Assembly (NCBI GenBank): GCA_963776315.1 | Contig: CAVZMJ010000004.1 | Location: 88,298 to 152,297 of the forward strand | Source: an uncultured Acidobacteriota bacterium | Lineage (GTDB): Bacteria > Acidobacteriota > Vicinamibacteria > Vicinamibacterales > 2-12-FULL-66-21 | Direction of reading: 5' to 3' | Length of the DNA stretch: 64,000 nucleotides | Part shown: one piece after another, positions 10,553 to 20,936 of the stretch | Position numbering within the stretch: position 1 is the first letter of the stretch | Layout: each line of letters begins with the position of its first letter | Made by a program: the position numbers and the translations under genes | Notes under the pieces: model-generated | The model's database searches: none | What the model saw: only the letters and a program-made list of their open reading frames with translations | Told to the model about the DNA's origin: nothing

Positions 10553-11170
10553 GTGGTCCTCATAGCCAAACCGCCGCCTTCGCGTCAACCGAAGCCTGTC
10601 CGTTCGACGATCCGTGCCGGGACCGAGTGGGTCCGAATCTACAACCCGGACTGGCTGGGGCCCGTGCAGTTCACCGGCTTCGGGCCGCGCCACCGCTTCG
10701 ATCACCACCGCGTCACGGGCGGTGGACCGGCCGAGGACCCGAATCGCCGTATCTACTACGCCGCCAACGACCTCAAAGGGTGTGTGGTCGAAGTCTTCGG
10801 GGACACCGGCGTCATCACGGTTGGTGATCTCCGTGTCGCGCTCGTCAAGTTGAGTCGTGAGGTGCAGCTGCTCGACCTGCGGGGTGACGGAGCACTCGCG
10901 GCGGGATCCGTCGCGGCACTCGCCGCGACCGCGGATCGGTCCCTCAGTCAAGAATGGGCGCGATGGTTCTACGAGCATCCCGCGGACTACGGCGAAGTCG
11001 ACGGAATCGCGTATCTCAACGCGCACAACTACGACCCCGCCTACGCGCTCGTCGAACGGGCGGAGGCCGCCGTGGAGGCCATCGGGCACCTGCCGCTCGC
11101 GCATGACCTGTTCCGCGCCCACCTCCTCACCATTGCGGCCTCATGCAACATGATCGTCGAGCCATATTGA
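10553..11170 (+). CDS. RES-domain toxin (ParT/MbcT-like NAD+-targeting family)
   Basis: 205 aa with 'GPRHRFDHH', 'IYYAANDLKGCVVEVFG' and 'IAYLNAHN', which fit the R-E-S motif order. It starts 20 nt after the antitoxin. Confidence 0.7.
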   Translation: MVLIAKPPPSRQPKPVRSTIRAGTEWVRIYNPDWLGPVQFTGFGPRHRFDHHRVTGGGPAEDPNRRIYYAANDLKGCVVEVFGDTGVITVGDLRVALVKLSREVQLLDLRGDGALAAGSVAALAATADRSLSQEWARWFYEHPADYGEVDGIAYLNAHNYDPAYALVERAEAAVEAIGHLPLAHDLFRAHLLTIAASCNMIVEPY

Positions 11171-11885
11171 TGGTGACGGCACGACGCGCTTCGACAGGTC
11201 ACTGCTCCGCTTCACGGCCGCGATTCCCTGGTTGACATACAGGGGGCCGAGCACCGCGCCACAGCGATCGAGGTGTCGAAGCAGCGGGTGGGTGAACGTC
11301 AGGGTGAACGGAAAAGCGTGGATGCCGACGTGTCGAGTCAGCGTGCCACCGTGCGCCTGCACCCATCGGTCGAGCATCCACCAGCCGGGCCAGTTCTCGA
11401 GGCCACGGTACGGACGAAGATGGAGTGCGTTGGCAATCGGGACCGACCAGCGCCAGGCGCGATTGGGACAGGTTAGTGCCAGCAGCGCCGCCCGTGCGAA
11501 GCACGCGCAGCATGTCGGCGACACTCCGTTCAGGTTGCGCCGTGTGCTCGATGCACTCGGACGAGATCACGAGATCGAACGACGCGTCAGGGAAAGGGAG
11601 CGCCGCGGCGTCGCCCGCCACGGGCCGTGGAGCCCCTTTGTCGCGGGCGCGGCGAAGCAGCGTGACGCCGATATCGACGCTGACGATCCGTGCCCCGCGC
11701 CGAACGGCGGCCAGCGTAAAGGGGCCCGTGCCGCAACCGACGTCGAGGACGGTCAGTCCGGTCAGGGGCCGTCCGCCGAGGAGGTCCTCGAACACCACCT
11801 CCAGGCGTCGCTGGAGGTCGTAGGGGTTCATCAGCGCATCGAGCTGACCCGCGATGGTGTCGTAGAACCGCTCGGGCGACGTCAC
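11141..11885 (-). CDS. Class I SAM-dependent methyltransferase; one frame change near 11480
   Basis: 'VLDVGCGTGPFTLAAVRRGARIVSVDI' is SAM motif I, followed by 'FDLVISSECIEH'. The C-terminus continues in ORF 11141-11524 ('NRAWRWSVPIANALHLRPYRGLENWP'). The GTG start overlaps the GT2 stop (GTGA at 11882-11885). Confidence 0.75.
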
Positions 11886-12868
11886 GGCGTGGCTGCCGGC
11901 ACACGCTCCTGCACCGACCCGGTCTGCTCGCGAATGACGAAGCGGGGGCGGTTCAGGCTCGAGAGGAACAGGCGTCCAAGGTATTCGCCGACGATGCCGA
12001 GCGTGAGGAGTTGAATGCCGCCGAGCAGGGAGAGGAGCCCGGCAGTGGAGGCCCACCCCGTCACCACGCTGCGCACTGTGAGCCAGATGACGACGACGTA
12101 GACGAGATACAGAAAGGACGCGATCGAGACCGCAAGGCCGACCGCAATGGCCGCGCGGAGAGGAACGATCGAGAAGCTCATCACGCCGTCGACTGAGAGC
12201 TGCACCATCTTCCGCCAGGTGTAGCTCGTGCGGCCGGCGACGCGAGGCGGCGCCGTGAACGGCACGAACGCCGTTTCGTAGCCAAGGTACGGAACGAGCC
12301 CCCGCAGGAAGAGGAGATGTCCTGCGCTGTTGAGCACTGCGTCAACGACGGGTCGACTCAGGAGCCGGAAATCGGCCGATCCGGTCGGCACGTCCACGCC
12401 CGAGAGCGAGTGAAGCACGCGGTAGAACAGCCGCGAGAAGAAGCTCTTGATCGGTCGCTCCGGGCCGGTCTCGCGGATCGCCTGCACGACCTGAAATCCG
12501 TCTCGCCATCGCTCGAGCATGATCGGGATGAGCCCGGGCGGATGCTGGCCGTCCGCGTCCATCACGATGACGGCATCGCCCCGTGCCGCCAGCAATCCGG
12601 CCAGGATGGCCGACTGGTGGCCGAAGTTTCTCGTGAAGCGAAGCCCACGCACCGCGCGATGCGCCGTCTGCAGGATCTGGATCTGCCGCCACGTTCCGTC
12701 GGTGCTGCCATCATCCACGATCACAATCTCGAGGTCCGTCGATGTGGCCGCCGACACGATTGCGTTCACGACGAGCGGGAGTGCGGCCTCCTCGTTGTGG
12801 GCCGGCAGCACCACGGACACCAGCTGGCTGCCAGTCCTGATGTCCGCGCCGTCAGTCATCGTCGCCAT
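11882..12868 (-). CDS. GT2 polyprenyl-phosphate glycosyltransferase (GtrB/ArnC/DPM1-like) with a C-terminal 2-TM anchor
   Basis: It starts at the in-frame ATG at 12868 ('MATMTDG'). Diagnostic strings are 'VVLPAHNEE', 'IVIVDDGSTDGT', 'VIVMDADGQHPP' and two C-terminal TM helices. The upstream part of the 733-aa track ORF belongs to the neighbouring gene. Confidence 0.85.
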   Translation of the reverse strand: MATMTDGADIRTGSQLVSVVLPAHNEEAALPLVVNAIVSAATSTDLEIVIVDDGSTDGTWRQIQILQTAHRAVRGLRFTRNFGHQSAILAGLLAARGDAVIVMDADGQHPPGLIPIMLERWRDGFQVVQAIRETGPERPIKSFFSRLFYRVLHSLSGVDVPTGSADFRLLSRPVVDAVLNSAGHLLFLRGLVPYLGYETAFVPFTAPPRVAGRTSYTWRKMVQLSVDGVMSFSIVPLRAAIAVGLAVSIASFLYLVYVVVIWLTVRSVVTGWASTAGLLSLLGGIQLLTLGIVGEYLGRLFLSSLNRPRFVIREQTGSVQERVPAATP

Positions 12869-12882
12869 GCCAGGTGAGCGCG

Positions 12883-14610
12883 TCATCGGAGCACGTAGAC
12901 GTCGAACGGCTCGAACCGTCCGAGAAGAACATACCGGTGTCTGACGGTCGCCATGATTTGCAGAGAGCGTGGCGTGTTGTATTTGTCGTCCCGGTTGAAC
13001 GTCACCAGCCGTGGCGGATCGTCGCGCAGCGTTCGTTCGACGAGCGGCAAGTTCCTGGTCGGTTCGAACGCCAAGTGCCGTGTTGTAGAACCTGAACGCA
13101 TTTCGTCGCTCGGCCATGAAGTACAGCTCGGCGTTGCCTGGCACGGCAAAGATCGCCGCGCCCGGCGGCACCTCGCGGCGAATGAGCTCGACGAGCGACG
13201 CGTACCGACGTTCCTCCTCCGGTTCGATTCTGAGGCTGTTGTGGGGCAAAGTCGAGGCACGGGTCGATTGCACGCGGTCACCGCGGAGGAGACCTGCTAT
13301 GCCGCGCGACGCCGGTTGGCCGGCGTGAAAGTAGACACCCGTCGCGGCCAGCACCAGCGCGAACGCGATCGACGCCCGCGCGGCGAGCGGCGAGACGAGA
13401 GGCGCGAGCCACAGCAGCGATGCGAGCGAGAGCCCGGCCGTGTAGTAGAGATACACCGGAATCTGGAAGTGTACGGACACGATGGCGTAGAAGAGCGACA
13501 TGACCGGCAACGCCGCCGTGGCGTTGTCGGCGCCACGTCCGAGCAGGCGCAAAACGATGAATCCGTTGGCCGCGGCCAAGAGCGGAAGCGTCGCCCAGAA
13601 GAGACCGTTGAGCAGCGAGGGCACACTGGGGCTGGTCACCATCTGACGTAACGCATGATAGACGAGGGCGGCAAAGTTGCTGCGGTCGAAGAAGTCCAGC
13701 CGCGTGAGCGCAACTGCCGCCGGCCCGACATCCTGCGCCCATGCCCGCAGGGATCCGTGCCAGAGAAGGTAGGCCGCCAGCGGGAGCGCCGCCAGACAGA
13801 TGCCTGCCGCGATTGTCCCGGCGATCCGAGCGACTTCGCGGTTGGGCGCCTGCGGCCGGAACGCCAGGCGTGCCAGGAGTGCCAGCGGCCAGATCGCCGA
13901 AGAGCACGACGCCGCTGATGTCTGTGGCCAGCGCCAGGTAGGCGGCCAGGGCGCCTGCCATCGTTGCCGCCAGGGCTCTTCCCAATAGCGCGGCGTGGCC
14001 GCGCGTGCCATCAAAGAGCGCGGCGTGCCCGCGCGTGCCACGCTCGCCCGCATCCCACAACAGGAACGCCATCGTTCCGACACCCACGAGGAATCCCGTG
14101 AGCTGACGGAAGAGGATGATGGCGCCGATCAGGAACCCGACGGCGACGAGGCGTCTCACCGATCGCGGATGCGGCCCGTGCGCAGTCCCAAGTGTGGCGA
14201 CCAGTATCGTGACGAGCGCCAGGCAGTACCAATGAGCGGTGGGGTTGAGGAACTGGATGGCACCGAGCGCCGTCAGCGCGATGCTGGCGACCGCTGCGCG
14301 CCAGGGATCCTGCGCGCGGAAAGACCGAGAAGAGCACCGCCGCCTGCACCAGGCCCGCGAGAACGAGCGGGTATCGCATGCTGACGAGATCGACCCCAAA
14401 CAGGCGGAGCGCCGCTGCGTTGACGAAGGTGATGTACCCCGGGTGCACGTCCTGCACCTGCAGATTGAGTGTTTCGCCGGAGAGGATCCGCTGCGCGACG
14501 TGGGCGTAGTTGCCTTCGTCAGGCGGATACCAGAACCTGTCGTAGAAGGAGTAGAGGAGGCACGACGTCGCCAGCAGGGCGACGACAGCGGCCGGGACCC
14601 GCTTCGCCAT
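12883..14610 (-). pseudogene. GT-C fold membrane glycosyltransferase (ArnT/PMT, GT39-like); at least 3 frame changes
   Basis: The N-terminus 'FWYPPDEGNYAHVAQRIL' carries a first-loop DE motif. Polytopic segments continue in three minus frames (14011-14670, part of 13278-15584, part of 11882-14083). The C-terminus 'LVERTLRDDPPRLVTFNRDDKYN...' is in 12883-13281. Confidence 0.55.
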
Positions 14611-14617
14611 CCGCGCG

Positions 14618-15681
14618 CTACGCGTGCGCGGCCGCAGCCGGCCGCCGGGGACGGCGCCAGATAATCGCATCGACGACGTAGTGGTGGAAATTGATGGTCA
14701 TGTACGCGAGCAGCGACAGCGGCAGGACGCTCTGCGAGAACAGCCCGAGGACGCCATCGATGTTGAAGTACAAGCGCGGTGCCGAGCGCCCAGCACACGC
14801 ACGCGTAGAGGACGACGTTCCGGGGCTGGCTGATGGTCGAGAGGAATCGACGCTGCGGCTCGACGCCCTTCGCGAAGCGGTTGGCATTGAACATCCACAC
14901 GATGAGCACGTACTGAAGGTTGTGCCAGATGTTCAGCACGAGCCACCCGGTGTTGATGTCGGCAATCAGCAGGTACCCCGCAGAGAAGATCGCGATGTGG
15001 CTCGCCACGTACGCGCTGTGGGGAGCATCCGGCCGCCGGCGGCCGAACACCCGCAACTCTCGCGCGACCCACAGCACCACGCTGACCGTGGCCACGATCC
15101 CGACCACGTAGAGCAACCAGGACGGGACCGGGAAGGTGTAGATCGGCAGGCTGAGAAACGACGTCGGCTGCTGATGCGACCGGGAGAGGATGCCCCAGAG
15201 CGGCAGCGCGTAGATGACACCGTCGAGCACGAAGTCGCGCGAGGCGGGAACCGCGCCGGCCTTGCGCAAGTACATCCGCGAGATGCCGTAGCTCTGACGC
15301 GTGTAGTGGAACCACTGCGCGTAGAGATACACCGTGGCGACGAGCCATTCACCCACGACGAGCGCGATGCGCGATGGTGAAGGCCGCGACGAGGATGGGA
15401 AGCGGGATGAGCAGCAGCCGGTGCTGACGGAAGCTCTCGCGGTCGAACGCCAGGCGCGTGAACGTCGAGACGACGTGCGTGTAGCCGAGCAGCCACACAT
15501 CCAGGAAGAGGATCGGCCAGAACAACGACGGCTCGACCACAATCGCGGCGCCAGCCGCCAGCGCCCAGCTGGCGACGACGACAATCAGGGTGAAGTCGAA
15601 GTGGGGATTCCTGAGCCAGGCGAGCGCCGGCGCGTGGGAAATGGGCGAAGGGGCGACGAGTGTGCCGGTCGCGCTGGTCAT
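14618..15681 (-). CDS. Polytopic membrane protein of unknown function; two frame changes
   Basis: Hydrophobic segments continue from 15349-15681 ('WPILFLDVWLLGYTHVV') into the 13278-15584 frame ('NIWHNLQYVLIVWMF') and then 14618-14887 ('NFHHYVVDAIIW'). It is the first gene of the glycosylation operon. Confidence 0.45.
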
Positions 15682-15752
15682 GCTGGTGTCGGGTTCAGGC
15701 TATTCTAGCAAGTCATCTCCCAGTGGTGTTCCTGGAGTAATCTGACCCGCCT

Positions 15753-17673
15753 ATGCCGATGAATATCCACGTGAAGGCGAGGGCGGCCCTCCCCCTCCAC
15801 CACCTCCTCCCCGTCCTTCTCCTCCTTGCCGTCTCAATCACCGGTGCGGTGGGGCAAACGTCGCGCGAGGGTGACTGGCGGTTCTTCGCCGGCGATCCGG
15901 GCGCGCAGCGGTTCTCGCCGCTGAGGCAGATCACCAGACAGAACGTGGCCAGTTTGCAGCAGGCCTGGGCGTTCGACACCGGCAGCCGTGACCTCCAGGT
16001 GACGCCGATCGTCATCGACGGCCTGATGTACCTCACGGGCGGTTCGACTGTGTATGCGCTCGAACCGGAGACGGGCAAACCGGTCTGGACGTTCGAGTCC
16101 ACCGGCCCGGTGAGCAAGCGGGGCGTGGCGTACTGGCCGGGCGACGCGAAGACGCCGGCTCGCCTGTACTCGGGCGTGCGAGAGGGACGGATGGTGGCGC
16201 TCGACGCGAAGACGGGCCGCGTGGTCCCTGACTTCGGCGAGAAGGGGCTACATCGATTTGAAGGCCAGCATCCGCGGCGACGTGGACGGCGCCTTCATGC
16301 TCGACTCGCCGCCTGTGGTCTACAGAGACATCGTGATCACCGGAGGCAGCAACGGAGAGGGTTCGCCGAGCAGCGGCCTCTATGGGGACATTCGAGGCTG
16401 GGATGCGCGCAGCGGGAAGCTGCTGTGGTCGTTTCACACCGTGCCGCGCGCCGGCGAGCCTGGCGTGGAGACCTGGGAAGGCGAGAGCTGGAAGAATCGC
16501 TCGGGCACGAACGCGTGGTCGTACATGACCGTCGACCTCGAGCGCGGCCTGGTGTTTGCCCCGACAGGGTCACCGACGTCGGATTTCTATGGCGCCGATC
16601 GCAAGGGCAGGAACCTCTACGGCAACTGCCTCATCGCTCTCGACGCCACGACGGGCAAGCTGAAGTGGTTTCAGCAACTGGTGCACCACGACATCTGGGA
16701 CTGGGATCTGCCGGCCGCGCCGATGCTCCTCGACATCAATCAGAACGGCCGCCGCGTGCCGGCCGTCGCGCAGACGACGAAGATGAGCCTGCTCTTCATC
16801 TTCAATCGGGAGACCGGCGAGCCGCTCTTCGGGATGGAGGAACGCCCCGTGCCGCAGAGCGACGTGCCAGGAGAGGCGACGTGGCCCACGCAGCCGTTCC
16901 CGGTCAAGCCTCCACCGCTGTCCCGGACGACGTTCGATCCCGCGAAGGACTTCTATTCGCTGACGCCGGAGCACGCCGCCTACTGCAAGGAGCTCTGGGA
17001 CACGCACAAGATGTACACCAAGGGCATCTTCACGCCGCCCGGGCTCGACGGCACGATGGTGACGTTTCCGAGCACGCTCGGCGGGGGCAACTGGAGCGGG
17101 CTCTCCTACGACCCGGGCCGCGGCCTCGTGTTCACGAACATCATGAACCTCGGCCAGGTCGCGCGGATGGAGCGCCGAACCGATGCGAAGACCGGCACAT
17201 CGACATTCGAGCGAACCACGCCGTGGAATCGGCCCATCGGACGCTTCTGGAACCTGGAGACGCGGATTCCGTGTTCGGCGCCGCCGTTCGGGGAGCTCGT
17301 CGCCGTTGACGTCAACACGGCAGCGATCGTCTGGCGTGTCCCGCTTGGCGTCTTCGACGATCTGAAAGCGCGCGGCTTCGACAAGACCGGCGCGCCCAGC
17401 ATGGGCGGCACGATTGCGACCGCCGAAGGGCTCATCTTCGTCGGCGGCACGATCGACAGGCGCTTCCGGGCGTTTGACGCGGAGACCGGCGCGATGCTGT
17501 GGGAAACGATGCTCGAGGCGAGCGCTCACGCCACGCCGATGACCTACCTCGGAAGAGACGGGCGGCAATACGTCGCGATCGCCGCTGGTGGCGGCGGCAT
17601 CCTCAGGTCAGAAGCCGGTTCGAAGATCGTGGCGTTCGCGCTGCCGGTCACGAAAGGCGCGCGCGCTCCATAG
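15753..17673 (+). CDS. PQQ-dependent (quinoprotein) dehydrogenase, glucose/sugar dehydrogenase-like; one frame change near 16250
   Basis: Signal peptide, then 'VTPIVIDGLMYLTGGSTVYALEPETGKPVW', 'LVHHDIWDWDLPAAP' and 'TYLGRDGRQYVAIAAGG', which are propeller motifs of PQQ enzymes. The N-terminal part is in ORF 15753-17309 and the remainder in 16258-17673. Confidence 0.8.
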
Positions 17674-17993
17674 TTCTGTCATGTAGAAACGCGCAGGTCG
17701 TATCGCGGCGCGACGGCTGAACCGCGTAGCTCTTCCTTAAACGGCAGGCAAACCAGAAGGTGGTCGAATCCAACCTGGCCGCCGCATTGCACACCAGCGG
17801 TTCAGGGGTTCGCGGTCGGATCTTCTGCTCAAACCCCTGGTCAGTCGAGGACCTGCGACCTCCTGACCGCCACAGCGAGCGCCTCGGGGGTGACGGCGTT
17901 CAGATGTTGCAGCAGCGATCGTGACCGCGAACCCCGCGTTCATCGTCGGGCATGTCGAGGGGACTCGACCTTCCGGGCGGACGGTTCTGCTCA

Positions 17994-19415
17994 TCAGCTC
18001 ACGAAGCTGTAGTCGTACGGCTTGCGCATCACCCGCGCCAGGTGTTTGTTCGCCTCAGTCGCGTTCGGACCTACGAATGTCTCGGCGGCCGGATCCCATT
18101 GCAGCGTCAGTCCCGTCCGCAGCGCAATCACGATGAGGTGGCCGACGACGGCCGACTGGTGACCCGCCTCGACGGGACTGATGGGATCCTTGCGCGAGCG
18201 CACGGCGGCGAAGAAGTTGCCCATGTGGTCGTCGCTGACCTCGAGACGGACGGCCGGGTTCTCCATGGGCGTGTCGAGCATCGCCTGATCGCTGGCTTCG
18301 ATGGTGCTGCGATTGACCCAGATCCATCCGTTCGTGCCTTCGAGCTTCACCCCGTTGCGCTGACCGTCGGGCTTGATGATGGCTCCGAACGGGCTGTCGT
18401 CGGGCGTCGTCTTGACCACCTGCTTCACGCCGTTGCCCCAGAGAAGCGTGGCCTCGAACTCCGGCGGTGTGGTGTAGCCGCCAGGAATCGGTTCGATCGG
18501 CGCGCGCGCCTGGATCGCCAAGGGTCCGTCGAGCCCGATGGCCCACCGAGCGATATCGTTGTGATGCGCGCCCCAGTCGGTGACTGGACCACCGGAGTAG
18601 TCGAACCACCACCGGAAGGTCGAGTGGCAACGTTCCTTGAGGTAGTCCACCTGCGGCGCCTGTCCCAGCCACATATCCCAGTGAAAGCCATCTGGCACTG
18701 GTACGGGTGTGAACGGACCCTCGCGCAGGCCGGCCGGGACGTACACCGACACCTGGGTGAGCTTTCCGATGCGCCCGTTCCGCACGAGCTCGCACGCCAG
18801 ACGGAAGAGCTTGTGGCTGCGCTGCTGCGTGCCGGTCTGCAGCACGACACCCTGTTTTCGCACGGCCTTGACCATGCGCTTGCCTTCGTCGATGGTCAGC
18901 GTGAGGGGCTTCTCGGCGTAGACGTCCTTCTTGGCTGAAATGGCCGCCAGGTTGATCAGCGTGTGCCAGTGATCCGGCGTGGCGTGGACGATGATGTTGA
19001 CGTCCTTCCGCTCCAGCACTTTCCGGAAGTCGGTGAACTGCGCCGGGACCTTCTCGCCCTTCGTGAACTCCTTCGCCGCGGCCGCCGTGCGCGCCTCGTC
19101 GGCGTCGCACACTGCGACGATGTCGCCGAACCGGCTGGCGCTCTTCGTGTCGCCGCGGCCCTGGCTGCCGCATCCGATGAGGGCAATGCCAGGACGATCG
19201 TTCGGCGAGGTGACTGCTGGAGCCTGCTGTGATGCCTCCAGTTCGCGCTGCACGAACCACAACGGCAGACCGGTGGCGGCCGCGATGGTGGCGCAGTCCC
19301 TGACGAACGTCCGGCGGGAGATATTGATTGTCTTTGGCACAGCCACATTGAACGTCAAACGCTGATTTGGCGCAAGCGCGGACGGGGGAGGCGGTGCGGC
19401 CGCTGTGGTTTTCAA
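17994..19415 (-). CDS. Gfo/Idh/MocA-family oxidoreductase with a Tat-like signal
   Basis: 'SRRTFVRDCATIAAATG' is a twin-arginine type signal. 'IALIGCGSQGRGD' is a Rossmann motif, followed by 'EKPLTLTIDEGKRMV'. The true start may lie downstream of 19415. Confidence 0.8.
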   Translation of the reverse strand: MKTTAAAPPPPSALAPNQRLTFNVAVPKTINISRRTFVRDCATIAAATGLPLWFVQRELEASQQAPAVTSPNDRPGIALIGCGSQGRGDTKSASRFGDIVAVCDADEARTAAAAKEFTKGEKVPAQFTDFRKVLERKDVNIIVHATPDHWHTLINLAAISAKKDVYAEKPLTLTIDEGKRMVKAVRKQGVVLQTGTQQRSHKLFRLACELVRNGRIGKLTQVSVYVPAGLREGPFTPVPVPDGFHWDMWLGQAPQVDYLKERCHSTFRWWFDYSGGPVTDWGAHHNDIARWAIGLDGPLAIQARAPIEPIPGGYTTPPEFEATLLWGNGVKQVVKTTPDDSPFGAIIKPDGQRNGVKLEGTNGWIWVNRSTIEASDQAMLDTPMENPAVRLEVSDDHMGNFFAAVRSRKDPISPVEAGHQSAVVGHLIVIALRTGLTLQWDPAAETFVGPNATEANKHLARVMRKPYDYSFVS

Positions 19416-19665
19416 ACGGGACGCGGATCGCGCGGATCATAACGGGACGCGGATTCACGCGGATTTGTTCGGCGGGACGCGGATCACCACGGGACGCGGA
19501 TCACGCGGATGCTGGACGGGGCGCGGATCACGCACGGGACGCGGATCACGCGGATTGCTCGACGGGACGCGGATCACCTACGGGACGCGGATTTCGCGGA
19601 TTGCTCGACGGGACGCGGATCACGCACGGGACGCGGATCACGCGGATTACTACGAGACGCGGATC
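19416..19665 (+). repeat. Array of 11 copies of ACGGGACGCGGATC, interleaved with shorter CGCGGAT(T/C) half-units
   Basis: Counted directly. Copies begin near 19416, 19442, 19473, 19489, 19514, 19533, 19561, 19579, 19607, 19625 and 19651, at irregular 16-32 nt spacing. Confidence 0.9.
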
Positions 19666-19699
19666 GCGCCAGGTACTTGGTGCGGCGCAGCCATCGGTC

Positions 19700-19879
19700 T
19701 CGGTGGGCGCTTGCGTCAACGCACTTCGTGTCCAGCTTGCTGTACGGAGTGAAGCCGACCGACTAGGCCGCCTTCCACGGTGCGACGTCCTGTTGACAGG
19801 CGTTGCGTTGGTCGCTGGATTGTTCCCAGCTATGCGAGCCTCGCGCATCGATCCGATGACGGCGTTGCGCTGCGAGTAG
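19700..19879 (+). pseudogene. 3' remnant of an ADOP/FtsX permease gene, frame-broken
   Basis: 'FVSSLLYGVKPTD' and, in another frame, 'LLTGVALVAGLFPAMRASRIDPMTALRCE*'. Together these are the last TM helix and tail of the ADOP family. No upstream body is present. Confidence 0.6.
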
Positions 19880-19981
19880 GCTGACCGCTGGAGCGACGGC
19901 GGTGGTTCAAACCACACCTGGGCAGGACTAGCTCCTGGCTGCTCGCATGAAACACATGAGTTCTTCGTCGCGGCAGAAAGA

Positions 19982-20114
19982 GATCCGCGCGATCCGCGTC
20001 CCGCGAGAGAGATCCGCGAGATCCGCGTCCCGTGAAGAGGGATCCGCAAGATCCGCGTCCCGGTGAACAGAGATCCGCGAGATCCGCGTCCCGTGAACTA
20101 GATCCGCGTCTCGT
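19982..20114 (-). repeat. Inverted-orientation array of 5 copies of GATCCGCGTCCCG(T), the reverse complement of the 19416-19665 unit
   Basis: Copies at about 19991, 20020, 20050, 20081 and 20101, each preceded by a GATCCGCG(A/C) half-unit. Confidence 0.9.
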
Positions 20115-20123
20115 CGGTGATCC

Positions 20124-20936
20124 GTGATCGGTGAGCCGTGCCACAATGACGCGGTGCGCGCCATCCGCACCATCAACGTCACACGCTACGTCACCCCGCT
20201 CAGGGAAGGCGGATCGCTTCCCGCGATCGTCGAGGCCGACGATGATGGGCTCTACGTCCTGAAGTTCCGCGGGGCGGGACAGGGTGCGAGGGCGTTGATC
20301 GCTGAACTGGTTTCCGGTGAGATCGCGCGGACGCTGGGATTGCAAGTCCCCGAGATTGTGTTCGCCAACCTCGATCCGGATCTGGCGCGCACCGAGCCCG
20401 ATCCCGAGATTCACGCGCTCATCCACGACAGCGCGGGGCTCAATCTGGCGCTCGACTTTCTGCCCGGGGCAGTGACGTTCGACCCGGTCGTGGTCCAGAG
20501 CCTTGACCCCGCTCTCGCCTCGCGCATCGTCTGGTTCGATGGATACGTCACCAACGTCGACCGGACGGTGCGGAACACGAACATGCTGATGTGGCACCGC
20601 CAGCTCTGGCTGATCGATCACGGCGCCACGTTGTACTTTCACCATTCGCCCGGCTGGGAAGCAGAGCCCGGACGTGCGCGCGGCCCGTTTCCGGCAATCA
20701 AGGACCACGTGCTGCTGCGGCACGCGAGCCTGTTGCCAGAGGTGGACGAGGCGCTTGCGGGCGCCCTGACGAGCGACGTGATCGCGGATATTCTCGCGGT
20801 TGTCCCTGACGCGTGGCTCGGCATCGACGGATCCGCGTTGCCGCCTTCGGAGGTGCGGGCGGCGTACGGCCGGTATCTCGCCAACAGGCTGACGGCGCCA
20901 CGGCCGTTCATGGAGGAGGCGGCGCGTGTCCGCTGA
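20124..20936 (+). CDS. HipA-like serine/threonine kinase family protein; short, stand-alone kinase core
   Basis: 'REGGSLPAIVEADDDGLYVLKFRGAGQG' resembles an ATP-binding N-lobe. 'DRTVRNTN' is a D-x-x-x-x-N catalytic loop at 20559-20576, and 'WLIDHG' sits at 20613-20624. The start is uncertain (GTG at 20124 or 20154). Confidence 0.55.
   Translation: MIGEPCHNDAVRAIRTINVTRYVTPLREGGSLPAIVEADDDGLYVLKFRGAGQGARALIAELVSGEIARTLGLQVPEIVFANLDPDLARTEPDPEIHALIHDSAGLNLALDFLPGAVTFDPVVVQSLDPALASRIVWFDGYVTNVDRTVRNTNMLMWHRQLWLIDHGATLYFHHSPGWEAEPGRARGPFPAIKDHVLLRHASLLPEVDEALAGALTSDVIADILAVVPDAWLGIDGSALPPSEVRAAYGRYLANRLTAPRPFMEEAARVR

Noticed and set aside
11882-15584. The 733-aa and 768-aa minus-strand ORFs as single fusion proteins
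   Set aside because: Each is a mosaic. Real GT2 sequence starts at the internal ATG at 12868. The rest is made of in-frame segments of neighbouring frame-broken membrane genes mixed with Arg/Pro-rich off-frame translation.
19416-20114. Possible CRISPR array, given many copies of a GC-rich repeat
   Set aside because: The units are only ~14 nt, and the gaps are 2-18 nt and themselves repetitive (CGCGGAT half-units), so there are no unique spacers. The two blocks are in opposite orientation, and no cas genes are in the window.
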